A stretch of 64,000 nt of DNA from a bacterium BMS3Bbin09 (GTDB lineage: Bacteria; Nitrospirota; Thermodesulfovibrionia; UBA6902): NCBI GenBank assembly GCA_002897915.1, contig BDTS01000055.1, positions 23,479-87,478 on the forward strand, given 5' to 3'. The translations under genes were made by a program, and so were the position numbers. Position 1 is the first letter of the stretch, and each line of letters starts with the position of its first letter. This document shows positions 19,884 through 29,023 of the stretch, one piece after another. Under the pieces are notes generated by a model, which was not told where the DNA came from, made no database searches, and was given only the letters and a program-made list of their open reading frames with translations.

Positions 19884-21007
19884 GACTTGAGCCTCTCTTC
19901 TATCTCTCTGCTTCTGCTTTCAAGGACATCCAGAAATGACTTGTAATAACCTCTTAAATCTTCCTCATCGGATTCGCCATCGAGTTTTTTTAGTAACTTG
20001 GCCAGGCGTCTCTTTTCCTTTACCAGTTTCCATCTATAAATTTTTTTCTTCATTACAACCAGACCTGTCCCGATCATAACAAAAGCCGCCGCGATGGAGG
20101 CCTGCCACAGACTGAAGAAACCTTTATGGAAAGGCGAGAGTATTTTAAATTTAACTCCTCTTAAATCATTGCCATCCCATGCATGGTAGTCCCCGTACAA
20201 ACCCTGCTGATCATTACTCTCTCCTCTATGCTGAAGGTTGGTAGATTCGACTTTCCAGTCACCCTTTTTCGTAAAAAAGAATGATATGTTTCTTGCAATA
20301 GAGCTGTAATCTTGATTATGAAGAGACATGTCAAACACGCCTGTATCGCTTTTAACGATATATTTGAATAAGATGGAGTTCTCTCCCGGCACGACCTTTT
20401 CGTGTAATGCTATCCCGCCTCCAAGGGTATACAGATCCTCGCGGTCTATGCCGTTGGCATTCATCAGAACATATCCGGCAGGCATGGGTATATACAGTGA
20501 TTTATTGATCTTAAGCTTATTATCATACTTTCCTACATATGTAAATTTGCTGTCATTTACAAAAGTAACTGAGTCATTTACTTTGAGCGATTTATCGTCA
20601 TATGGGGTTATTGTCAGGGACCTGCCGGTGATCTCTACACTATCGGCCTTATCGGTTATTTCATATACGTTAATATCGAGATTATATTTATCCTGCTTGT
20701 TTTTTATCTGAATTAACGGGGAATAATATGATACTCCCCTGTAATTCACCTCACTCATGATTGCTTTTGCGGCAGCGACTTCCACTTTACCGTCATAAAA
20801 TCCTGAAGTCCCTGTCCGGAACTCATGCTCCTTTAAAACTTTGACTCTCCCGTATGAATCCTGATCAACAGCGAGTATCTTAAATGGATAATCAGACAAC
20901 TTTTCGCCCTTTGTTGCATTGGTCAGGCTTACTCTTACAGATAACGCAAAGACGTTGGTTGCAGTTAATATGACTAAAAATGCTATGACAATAATTTTTT
21001 TCCGCAA
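19880..21007 (-). CDS. Hypothetical bitopic protein embedded in the ccm operon (signal peptide, ~290-aa periplasmic domain, one TM, charged coiled-coil cytoplasmic tail)
   Basis: No recognisable family. Start and stop overlap the flanking genes (translational coupling with orf121 and ccmA). Confidence 0.5.
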   Translation of the reverse strand: MRKKIIVIAFLVILTATNVFALSVRVSLTNATKGEKLSDYPFKILAVDQDSYGRVKVLKEHEFRTGTSGFYDGKVEVAAAKAIMSEVNYRGVSYYSPLIQIKNKQDKYNLDINVYEITDKADSVEITGRSLTITPYDDKSLKVNDSVTFVNDSKFTYVGKYDNKLKINKSLYIPMPAGYVLMNANGIDREDLYTLGGGIALHEKVVPGENSILFKYIVKSDTGVFDMSLHNQDYSSIARNISFFFTKKGDWKVESTNLQHRGESNDQQGLYGDYHAWDGNDLRGVKFKILSPFHKGFFSLWQASIAAAFVMIGTGLVVMKKKIYRWKLVKEKRRLAKLLKKLDGESDEEDLRGYYKSFLDVLESRSREIEERLKS

Positions 21008-21348
21008 ATTCTTAACACCTCTTTAGTGATACTCTTTTTCAGGCTTTTTGAAATCTCTTTTCCGGGCTTTAATGTAATCCCTTTCGAGAAATCTCTTTCT
21101 TTTTCCAGAGCAGGACGGGCCTGTCTTTTCAAAAATTCTCTTGTGACCATATAATCTTCTTTGGTCAGCTTGCCCATTTCATATTCAAAATCTACATCGG
21201 ATATTGCCCGGATACACTCCTTTTTCTCTTCCTGTATCACGGCAAAAGTTCCTCTGCTTACAAACGGCCAGTAACTCTCATTTATAAGAGGGACAAGGAT
21301 ATAGACGAGAAAGATCAGCATTAAAATAAAAAAAATAATAACCATCAC
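20983..21348 (-). CDS. Hypothetical small protein embedded in the ccm operon (N-terminal TM + ~95-aa cytoplasmic domain)
   Basis: It overlaps the ccmF stop (4 nt) and the orf375 start (25 nt). No family recognised. Confidence 0.45.
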   Translation of the reverse strand: MMVIIFFILMLIFLVYILVPLINESYWPFVSRGTFAVIQEEKKECIRAISDVDFEYEMGKLTKEDYMVTREFLKRQARPALEKERDFSKGITLKPGKEISKSLKKSITKEVLRICGKKLLS

Positions 21349-23357
21349 TCGATTTCCATTCCTTTCAGACGTAAAATAATTTCTTTTTCAAGAAGACCGA
21401 CATCTTCCTGTCTCCTTCTTTTAGGCAGTACAGCCCAGAAAGTACCGAACATGACCACTCCGGTACCTATCCATATCCATGAAATCAGCGGGTTTATCAC
21501 GACCGTTAACGTAATTGAACCACTCCTTCTGTCCCAGTCGCCGAGAATTAAATAAAGGTCTTCTGCTATACCGTCCATGATGGCGACTTCTGTCGTAGGC
21601 TGATTTTCTCTCTTCTTGTAAAACCTCTTCTCAGGCCTTAGATAACCCTTAAACGCTCCCGAATCATAAACTTCTATCCGGGCGCCGACTCCTTCAAAGT
21701 TCCACTTTGTCCTTGACGTCAGGTCCAGATACTTCAGACGATAATTTTTTATGGTGACTTCCTGTCCTATGTTTAATACAGCATCTTCTTTATATTGGAA
21801 ATATCCATAACCGGCAAGCCCCAGTACGATAAAAACCATACCGATATGGATGATGAATCCCCCGTATTTTCTTCTGTTTCTGGTAACAAGAGTCCAGAAT
21901 GATAAGAGCCACCCTTTTTCACTGTTCTTTACGCCGGCCTTCGTGCCGAGATAAAATTCTCTCAGCATTGTTGTAATGACAAATACTGAGAAGGAATAGA
22001 AGAAGGCGGGCATAAAGCTCCTGATACCTGAAATATACAGAACCGGCAGTGACAGGGCTGTTAATGAAAAGGGGAGTAGACAATTTATTAATATCCCCTT
22101 TGAAGATGTCTTTCTCCATCCAAGAAGCGGACATACACCCATCAGCAATATGAGCAAGAGAAATAAAGGCGCGTTAATCGTATTGAAGAAAGGCGGCCCG
22201 ACTGATATTTTTACGCCCTTTACAGCCTCTGAGATCAGAGGAAAGATTGTGCCCCAGAATGTGGCGAAACATATCCCTACAAGTATTATATTATTGTACA
22301 GGAAAGAGCTTTCTCTCGAAAGAAAGGCTTCGATCCTCGGGTTTTGTTCTTTCAGTTTTTCATATCTGGTCCATATGAGATATATCCCTGCAGCCAGGAC
22401 CAGGATTAAAAACCCCAGAAAGACAAAACCAACAGGCGACTGTCCAAAGGCATGGACCGAGGAGATAATGCCGCTTCTTGTAATAAAGGTGCCGAAAATA
22501 CATAATGAGAATGTCAGCAAAATCAGTGAGACATTCCATATCTTGAGCATTCGCCTCTTCTCCTGGATTATTACTGAGTGAAGAAAGGCCGTTGCAGTCA
22601 GCCAGGGCATAAAGGAAGAGTTTTCAACAGGGTCCCATCCCCAGACACCTCCCCACCCAAGCTCTTTATAAGCCCACCAGCCCCCGAAGATTATCCCTAG
22701 GGTCAGGCATACCCATGAAAACAGGATCCAGGTCCTTGTCTTTTTTATCCACCATTCTCCTAAATCTTCCATCACAAGGGCGGCCATGGCGAAGGCAAAA
22801 GGAACGGTAAATCCGACATAGCCCAGATAAAGCGTGGGGGGATGAAAGACCATGCCGGGGTTTTGCAGTAAAGGATTAAGACCATTGCCGTCAGCAGGGA
22901 ACACGGCCATCAATTCAAAAGGAGGGGTCACAAAGTTGACAAGCACAAGAAAGAACATCGATGTCAGGTTTAGAAAAAAAAGCGTATATGGAAGATATAG
23001 TGAATTGACTCTGTGTTCGTCCCGTTGCACCGTAATAAACGTAAAGAGAGAAAGAAGCCATCCCCAGAACAGGAGGGAGCCTTTCTGCCCTGCCCACAAT
23101 CCTGTGATCTTGTAAAAGATCGGGAGGGCCTTTTCGGAATAGGATGCAACGTATTCAATTCTGAAGTCATCCATGATAAAAGCGTATACAAGAAAGGAAC
23201 AGGCAAATGTCATGAAGGCAAAAATACCTTTTGTCCCCCTGTATGACATCTCAATAAACCTTCCATCCTTTTTTCTGATACCGATTATCAGCCCTATGAG
23301 AACAAGAATTGAGAGAATTAATGAAAACAGCAATGAATATTTTCCAAAATCAATCAT
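21345..23357 (-). CDS. ccmF: Cytochrome c-type biogenesis protein CcmF (heme lyase)
   Basis: 670 aa, polytopic, with a WWD-like tryptophan-rich motif (WGGVWGWDPVENSSFMPWL) and conserved His residues. Confidence 0.9.
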   Translation of the reverse strand: MIDFGKYSLLFSLILSILVLIGLIIGIRKKDGRFIEMSYRGTKGIFAFMTFACSFLVYAFIMDDFRIEYVASYSEKALPIFYKITGLWAGQKGSLLFWGWLLSLFTFITVQRDEHRVNSLYLPYTLFFLNLTSMFFLVLVNFVTPPFELMAVFPADGNGLNPLLQNPGMVFHPPTLYLGYVGFTVPFAFAMAALVMEDLGEWWIKKTRTWILFSWVCLTLGIIFGGWWAYKELGWGGVWGWDPVENSSFMPWLTATAFLHSVIIQEKRRMLKIWNVSLILLTFSLCIFGTFITRSGIISSVHAFGQSPVGFVFLGFLILVLAAGIYLIWTRYEKLKEQNPRIEAFLSRESSFLYNNIILVGICFATFWGTIFPLISEAVKGVKISVGPPFFNTINAPLFLLLILLMGVCPLLGWRKTSSKGILINCLLPFSLTALSLPVLYISGIRSFMPAFFYSFSVFVITTMLREFYLGTKAGVKNSEKGWLLSFWTLVTRNRRKYGGFIIHIGMVFIVLGLAGYGYFQYKEDAVLNIGQEVTIKNYRLKYLDLTSRTKWNFEGVGARIEVYDSGAFKGYLRPEKRFYKKRENQPTTEVAIMDGIAEDLYLILGDWDRRSGSITLTVVINPLISWIWIGTGVVMFGTFWAVLPKRRRQEDVGLLEKEIILRLKGMEIE

Positions 23358-23773
23358 GCTTCGTCCTCTTTCTTTTCATACTTTGAAGGACATTTTACAA
23401 GAAGCTTATTTGCCTTAAATATTCTTTTTTCCATATTATAGAAGCCTTCGGCAACAAGGGTAACGCCTTCCTGTTCGAGCATGTCCGGCGGGGGGCCTTT
23501 ATATATAACATTAAGCCTGGGAGAATCCTCAATATCTTTATCTTTTAATGTGAAGTTAAGCGTCAGGGCTGCAAGGTCATAATTTACACTGCCGGGTACA
23601 ATCTCACCGTTGACCCTGACTTTCCCGTTTCCCATTTCATCAAGCTTTTCAAAAAGCTCCGATACCTCAAGATAATACATACTGCCTTCCTTCATACCGA
23701 GAAATACGAGATAACTAAAAGCCGCCATGATTAACAGCACTGAGAAAACAATAGTGATCTGCCTGCCCTTCAT
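23354..23773 (-). CDS. ccmE: Heme chaperone CcmE, cysteine-variant (CxxxY instead of HxxxY)
   Basis: It has an N-terminal TM and an OB-fold region (VRVNGEIVPGSV). The C-terminal LVKCPSKYEK aligns to the canonical LAKHDENYTP heme-binding motif with Cys in place of His. Confidence 0.8.
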   Translation of the reverse strand: MKGRQITIVFSVLLIMAAFSYLVFLGMKEGSMYYLEVSELFEKLDEMGNGKVRVNGEIVPGSVNYDLAALTLNFTLKDKDIEDSPRLNVIYKGPPPDMLEQEGVTLVAEGFYNMEKRIFKANKLLVKCPSKYEKKEDEA

Positions 23774-24336
23774 TTTTCAACCTCCGTATCCGGCTCTTCC
23801 GTCAGCCCTCTTATCAGGTCCTGTCTCTCTTGGTCGGTCCAGTCACCCGGGCCTATTTCAACAAAGGCTACTTTGCCTTTTTTGTCAATTATGAAAGACT
23901 CCGGCACTCCCGTGGTACCGTAAAGCAGTTGAATAGAGCCGGATGTATCAATCAGCGCGGGGAATGTGTAACGATGCATCTTCATATACGGCGCTACCGC
24001 CTTTTCGCCTGCGGCGTCTATGCTTACAGCAAGGATTTCAAAGTCGTCTCCTCTGAACTTTTCATATAATCTCTGCATGGTTGGCAGTTCTGCTTTGCAT
24101 GATGGACACCAGGTAGCCCAAACGTTTACAAATACAACCTTCTTTCCATAGAAATCGGACAATGAAACTTTTTTCCCTGAAAGATCAGCAAAAGTAAAAT
24201 CCCTTGCCTGCTCCCCGATTGAAGGACGGGGCTTTTTCTTTCCGCTGTCTTCCTGCTCTCCTATTAATACAATCACAGCCGCTGCGATTATAATAATGAT
24301 TGGCAGCCAGATTAAGAGCTTCAGCAGGCGCTTCAT
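23770..24336 (-). CDS. ccmG: Thiol:disulfide oxidoreductase CcmG/DsbE (TlpA-like thioredoxin)
   Basis: Signal-anchor plus the active site WATWCPSCK. Confidence 0.85.
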   Translation of the reverse strand: MKRLLKLLIWLPIIIIIAAAVIVLIGEQEDSGKKKPRPSIGEQARDFTFADLSGKKVSLSDFYGKKVVFVNVWATWCPSCKAELPTMQRLYEKFRGDDFEILAVSIDAAGEKAVAPYMKMHRYTFPALIDTSGSIQLLYGTTGVPESFIIDKKGKVAFVEIGPGDWTDQERQDLIRGLTEEPDTEVEK

Positions 24337-24354
24337 AATAAATTTCCGTTCATT

Positions 24355-24885
24355 TTATTCATCTTCTCTGAACCTGCGCACCTCATCTTCCAGAAGAGCG
24401 TCCATTTCAGGATCAACATCATCAGGCACGGTCTCTTTTATACTGATCTTCTTACGCCACAGAATGAGAAAAATTCCAACCACCAGAAACAGGTCTAACA
24501 CCAGAAAATAAGGGAACCACCATGCAATGAAATAAAAACCTTTTTTCGACGGCTGCGTCAGAATTTTCGGGCCGTAAACGTCTTCAAAATAAGCAAGAAT
24601 CGATTCTTTACTTTCTCCCTTTGCAAGCCTGTCCTTAATAAGCTCCTTCATCTGGTCTGCCTGCGCGGAAGGGCAGTTGGTCAGCGTATAAACGTAATCG
24701 CATCCGGGACTCATGATCTCATCTGCAACTTCTTCAAGTTCCATACGGGATACTTCTCTCCCATAGGATGTATTTGGGCTTATAAAAATAAGCAAAAGCA
24801 AAAAACAAATTACTTTGTGCTGTATAATTCTTTTATGAATTTTCAGATCCTGTTTACACATAAAGTTCTCAACCCTTCCTGACAC
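24355..24885 (-). CDS. ccmH: Cytochrome c-type biogenesis protein CcmH/NrfF family
   Basis: It has the conserved GESKESILAYFEDVYGPKIL block and a C-terminal TM. The Cys pair is spaced CDYVYTLTNC (C-x8-C) rather than the canonical LRCxxC. Confidence 0.65.
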   Translation of the reverse strand: MSGRVENFMCKQDLKIHKRIIQHKVICFLLLLIFISPNTSYGREVSRMELEEVADEIMSPGCDYVYTLTNCPSAQADQMKELIKDRLAKGESKESILAYFEDVYGPKILTQPSKKGFYFIAWWFPYFLVLDLFLVVGIFLILWRKKISIKETVPDDVDPEMDALLEDEVRRFREDE

Positions 24886-25613
24886 TAAATAATAACAAAG
24901 TTAGGGAACAGCGCAACGAACCGTGTTATCATATTTGTCATAAGCATAATACCGAATACTATAAGGAGCAGCCCGCTTACAACCATGATCACTCTCATAT
25001 GCTTCATAAGTTTCTTTGAGTGAGTCAGGAACGTATTCATTGCGAGCGATGACAAAAGAAAGGGTATTCCAAGACCAATGGAATAGACCGAAAGGAGTTT
25101 AATCCCGTAAGTCACCGAACCCGACGAACCTGCATACATGAGTATGGAACCGAGTATCGGACCTATGCAGGGCGTCCATCCCGCCCCGAATGTCACTCCT
25201 ACTGCAAATGTCCCGACGTATCCCGCCGGTTTGAACTGCATATGGACTTTCTTTTCTTTCATTAGAAAGTCCAGCTTTAGAAAGCCCGCAACAAAGAGAC
25301 CAAAGATAATTATCAATGCCCCTCCAATGATCCTGATATGCTCCTGGTACATAAAGAAAAACTTTCCGACAACAGAGGATGACGCTCCAAGCAGAATAAA
25401 GATAAAAGAAAATCCAAGAATAAAAACAAGAGAGTTAGTCAGGGTCAGAAACCTTACCCTTGGCCTGTCAGCATTGCCGGTAAGGTCCTCGAAAGAAACA
25501 CCTGTTATGTATGAGACATAAGAGGGAAGCAATGGCAACACACAGGGAGAAAGAAAAGACAGTACCCCTGCGAAAAAAGCTAATGAATAGGATACTTCAG
25601 CATTAAAAGACAT
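24885..25613 (-). CDS. ccdA: Cytochrome c biogenesis thiol-disulfide transporter CcdA (DsbD core)
   Basis: Six TM helices with paired Cys (SPCVLPLLP, TPCIGPILG). Confidence 0.85.
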   Translation of the reverse strand: MSFNAEVSYSLAFFAGVLSFLSPCVLPLLPSYVSYITGVSFEDLTGNADRPRVRFLTLTNSLVFILGFSFIFILLGASSSVVGKFFFMYQEHIRIIGGALIIIFGLFVAGFLKLDFLMKEKKVHMQFKPAGYVGTFAVGVTFGAGWTPCIGPILGSILMYAGSSGSVTYGIKLLSVYSIGLGIPFLLSSLAMNTFLTHSKKLMKHMRVIMVVSGLLLIVFGIMLMTNMITRFVALFPNFVII

Positions 25614-25633
25614 AACTATAAACTCCTCGCCTT
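25591..25633. repeat. Direct repeat copy 1: a 43-bp exact match (imperfectly extended to ~60-75 bp) spanning the ccdA start codon and RBS
   Basis: It is identical to 26390-26432. The imperfect flank aatgaatag vs aatggataa extends the similarity. Confidence 0.9.
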
Positions 25634-25795
25634 AACTTTCCTCAAAGCAGTCAGGATAATAATTATCTCAAAAGTTAGATAATATTTATTACTCATTAAA
25701 ATTTCTCCTACGGCTACCTCAACTAGAGGTGTGTAATTAAATTTTGAAAAGGATGGTCAATGCCAAACACTGACCGGGGATAGGGGTTGCAAATA

Positions 25796-26218
25796 TCAAA
25801 TAATGAGGATAATTTTTTTGAGAGGCAAAAAAACTGAACTTAATAAAGTGCTTGGTTGCAGCGGACTATTCATCTTTTGAATTAGTGGTAAAGTTGCTTC
25901 TGGCAAAGCATGATATGATACCTCCTCTAAATGGGAATTTATTCGTTGGAGTGAAATGTCATTCTCTATGCCGGAACTGGTCAGGATTGGAATATCCAGA
26001 CAATCATTATGAATATTATTTTCCTGATTAAAGCTTAATACTCTATTATCTTCAGAAGGAAGGTCAGAAAATACTGAAGTATTATGATTGTTTTCAATAG
26101 CAATATGACCTTCATTTTCAACACACAATACAAATCCGTATAACGAACTTTGACTTAATGCTGTGTAGATTATGAGTAAAAATACAAGCGTTGATTTTAT
26201 CTTGAAATTACTAATCAT
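25796..26218 (-). CDS. Hypothetical small secreted protein (inside the 799-bp repeat-flanked insert)
   Basis: 140 aa with an N-terminal hydrophobic signal-like segment. The context is AT-rich and no family was recognised. Confidence 0.35.
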   Translation of the reverse strand: MISNFKIKSTLVFLLIIYTALSQSSLYGFVLCVENEGHIAIENNHNTSVFSDLPSEDNRVLSFNQENNIHNDCLDIPILTSSGIENDISLQRINSHLEEVSYHALPEATLPLIQKMNSPLQPSTLLSSVFLPLKKIILII

Positions 26219-26389
26219 ATATCAGTTTAAAAAATATCAGCGATCTGCCAGCAGGCAAATACAATGATTACTTTCATAATATAAAATTCCTGGTCTAATG
26301 TTGTCAATCTTTCTTCAGCAGTCGATCCGGCTTCATTATACCTTTAGTGTTTTGACGATCTAAAAGGGAAAAGTAAAGCCAATGGATAA

Positions 26390-26432
26390 GATACTTCAGC
26401 ATTAAAAGACATAACTATAAACTCCTCGCCTT
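26390..26432. repeat. Direct repeat copy 2: encodes the last 6 codons and stop of the cadA-like ATPase and, on the other strand, a truncated ccdA-like start (MSFNAEVSYPLALLFPF*)
   Basis: It is identical to 25591-25633, 799 bp away. Confidence 0.9.
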
Positions 26433-28379
26433 TACTCTCGTTAGCCTCATGGAATTTAAAATAACCGCAAGGCTTAATCCCATATCTCCCACAGCCACCG
26501 CAACCCATAGATTTATCAGTCCCAGCAAAGCCAGGATTGTAAGACTCCCTTTGATAAGTATCGAAAGAGATACATTCTGCTTTACAACGCGCATTGTCTT
26601 TCTGCTGAGATACATCAGGTAGTCGATCTTGCTCAGGTCATCATGCATCAGGGCTATGTCTGCTGTTTCTATTGCCACGTCTGTGCCGATGGCGCCCATG
26701 GCTATTCCTACATTGGCTACAGCAAGAGCTGGAGCATCGTTTACACCATCGCCCACCATTGCCACGCTGCCGAACTTTTTAACGAGTTTTTCAACGACCT
26801 TTACCTTGTCCTCAGGCAAAAGTTCCGCATGATATTCATCTATTCCGACTTTGCCGGCCAGAGAACCAGCAACTTTTTTGTTGTCGCCTGTAATCATTGC
26901 AGTCTTAATATGAAGCTTCTTAAGATCTGATATAACTTTAGGGGCCTTTTCTCTCAGGACATCTCCGAGGGCGATTGCTCCAATTGCCATATTTTCATTG
27001 GCTACAAATACAACAGTCTTTCCTTCACTTTCAAGCTGCGATATTTCTCCGGGAATCTCCATAGATAAGCCATTAAATAGGCTCCTTGCTCCTGCGTAAT
27101 ACTTTTGACCTCCGATAAGGGCTTCCAGCCCCCTGCCTTTGACTGCTCTGAACCTGCTGATTTCTTTAAGATGAATATTTTCCGCCCCGGCTTTCTTCAG
27201 GATTGCCTTTGCAATAGGATGTTCTGAACGTGACTCCAGGGTAGCAGTCATAGAGAGCACTTCTTCACTGGAATGACCGTTAAAGCCGATAATGTCCGTA
27301 ACTTCCAGCTTTCCTTTCGTTAAAGTACCGGTTTTGTCAAAGGCAATGACTTTGACCTTACTAAGCTCTTCAAGGTAAGAGGCCCCTTTAATTAACACAC
27401 CATGTCTTGCCGAGCTGGTCAGTGCCGATACCATGGCAACCGGCGTTGATATGGCCAGTGCACAGGGACATGAAATGACTAAAAGCACCAGGGAGCGGTA
27501 AAACCATATTTCCCATGAATATCCCAAAATAAATGTCGGAACAAGAAATGCTCCAAATGCAAGAATGATCACTACAGGAGTATAGTAGCGGGCAAATTTA
27601 TCGATGAACTTTTCGGTCTCTGATTTTTTTCTCTCAGCCTCTTCAACGAGTTTGACAATCCTCGAAAGTACAGTATCTTCGGACTTTCTGGTAACACTCA
27701 CCTCCAAATAGCCCTCTTCATTCATGGTGCCTGCATACACTTCATCCCCCACTTCCTTTTCAACCGGAAGCGATTCTCCTGTAATAGGCGACTCATTGAT
27801 GGATGAATGGCCGGTTAAAACCTTTCCGTCCAGCGGTATTTTTTCTCCGGGACGGATTACTGTAATATCTCCGATTATTATTTCATGTACGTGGAGCTCG
27901 ATTTCCTTCCCGCCCCTCTTCACTTTTGCTGTTTCGGGAGCCAACTTCAGCAGCTGGCTTATTGATTTCTTTGCTTTATCGGCCGCATACTCTTCCAGGG
28001 TTTCAGCGACAAAAAACAGGAAGACAACTGCAGCTCCTTCCTCACCGTGTCCGATGAAAAATGAGCCGAAAGCCGCAATACCTATAAGACAATTAATGTC
28101 CAGCCGCCGTTTTAGAATTGAACGCCCGGCCTTCTTCAGGATGTCTCTTCCTGAAACGGCAATGACGGACATGAATACAATCTGTGCAGGAATATTCAGG
28201 GCCGTGAAAAATTCAAGCATTAACCCGGATATCAAAAGCGCTGCCGCTATCCCGCCGGCAGTCAATTGCTGGCGCATCCAGAGCGGCGACTTTTCTTCCG
28301 CATTGCCACCGCCGCAGGAACAGGCAGATTCCTCCCGGCAGGAGTCGTTGTTCATTATTTCGAGCTTTGTGTTTTGCAT
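26415..28379 (-). CDS. Heavy-metal-translocating P1B-type ATPase (Cd/Zn/Pb CadA/ZntA-like)
   Basis: It has DKTGTLT, TGDN, GDGVNDAPAL and a transmembrane SCPCALAIS (CPC) motif. The N-terminus is Cys-rich (CREESACSCGGG) and there is no canonical GMTCxxC HMA domain. It lies downstream of a CadC-like repressor gene. Confidence 0.9.
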   Translation of the reverse strand: MQNTKLEIMNNDSCREESACSCGGGNAEEKSPLWMRQQLTAGGIAAALLISGLMLEFFTALNIPAQIVFMSVIAVSGRDILKKAGRSILKRRLDINCLIGIAAFGSFFIGHGEEGAAVVFLFFVAETLEEYAADKAKKSISQLLKLAPETAKVKRGGKEIELHVHEIIIGDITVIRPGEKIPLDGKVLTGHSSINESPITGESLPVEKEVGDEVYAGTMNEEGYLEVSVTRKSEDTVLSRIVKLVEEAERKKSETEKFIDKFARYYTPVVIILAFGAFLVPTFILGYSWEIWFYRSLVLLVISCPCALAISTPVAMVSALTSSARHGVLIKGASYLEELSKVKVIAFDKTGTLTKGKLEVTDIIGFNGHSSEEVLSMTATLESRSEHPIAKAILKKAGAENIHLKEISRFRAVKGRGLEALIGGQKYYAGARSLFNGLSMEIPGEISQLESEGKTVVFVANENMAIGAIALGDVLREKAPKVISDLKKLHIKTAMITGDNKKVAGSLAGKVGIDEYHAELLPEDKVKVVEKLVKKFGSVAMVGDGVNDAPALAVANVGIAMGAIGTDVAIETADIALMHDDLSKIDYLMYLSRKTMRVVKQNVSLSILIKGSLTILALLGLINLWVAVAVGDMGLSLAVILNSMRLTRVKARSL

Positions 28380-28480
28380 TATTCAGGCATCTCTCTTAAA
28401 TTTATAAGACAGGACATTAGGGATAAAAAGTATTTCTAAGTATTTAAATGATTCTAAACTCCAATCTCCCAACCTCAGTC

Positions 28481-28843
28481 CTATTCCCTTACGTGCTTTA
28501 GCCCCTGGTCAAAAAGCCTTTTTATGTGCTTGTCATCCAGTGAGTAATAGACCCTCTTAGACTCTTTTCTGAATTTAACGAGCCTCAGGTTCCGCAGGAT
28601 TCTCAACTGGTGGGAAATAGCGGAAATACTGCCTCCGAGGATGCTTGCTATGTCGCATACGCAAAGTTCTTCTTTAGAAAGGGCATAGATTATCTTTAGC
28701 CTTGAAGAGTCGGCCAGCACACCAAATATCTCCGATAAGCTATAAACGTCTTTATCAGAGAGCATTACTTTTTTTACTGCTTTGACCTTTGCTTTATCTA
28801 CAGTCTTGACTTCACATACATCCTGCTGCTTTTTTGCGGCCAT
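28481..28843 (-). CDS. ArsR/SmtB-family metalloregulator, CadC-like
   Basis: It has the ELCVCDIASILG..SHQLRILR wHTH with the alpha3 CVC metal site, and is close to S. aureus CadC over the DNA-binding core. The start is set at ATG (MAAKKQQ) preceded by the AAGGAGG RBS; the TTG-extended ORF would overlap the operator. Confidence 0.8.
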   Translation of the reverse strand: MAAKKQQDVCEVKTVDKAKVKAVKKVMLSDKDVYSLSEIFGVLADSSRLKIIYALSKEELCVCDIASILGGSISAISHQLRILRNLRLVKFRKESKRVYYSLDDKHIKRLFDQGLKHVRE

Positions 28844-28858
28844 CAGAAGACCTCCTTG

Positions 28859-28882
28859 ATATTTGAACAATTGTTCAAGTAT
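28859..28882. promoter_or_regulatory. 12-12 inverted repeat ATATTTGAACAA|TTGTTCAAGTAT, a candidate ArsR/SmtB (CadC-type) operator
   Basis: 23 of 24 positions are palindromic, with a TGAACA-TGTTCA core typical of ArsR/SmtB operators. It lies 16 bp upstream of the cadC-like ATG. Confidence 0.6.
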
Positions 28883-29023
28883 ACTATTTTCAATGTCGAG
28901 ATGTCAAACAAACATATTCATTATTATCAGGTCTTCATATTTTATTCATAATAATAGATTATTCTAACATGAACCTGACTATATAGATTATCCGGAGAAG
29001 ATTAAACATTAAACTATTGGAGG

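Noticed and set aside
27724-28407. 227-aa plus-strand ORF
   Set aside because: It is antisense to the P-type ATPase gene and Ser/Pro-rich low complexity, so it is not coding.
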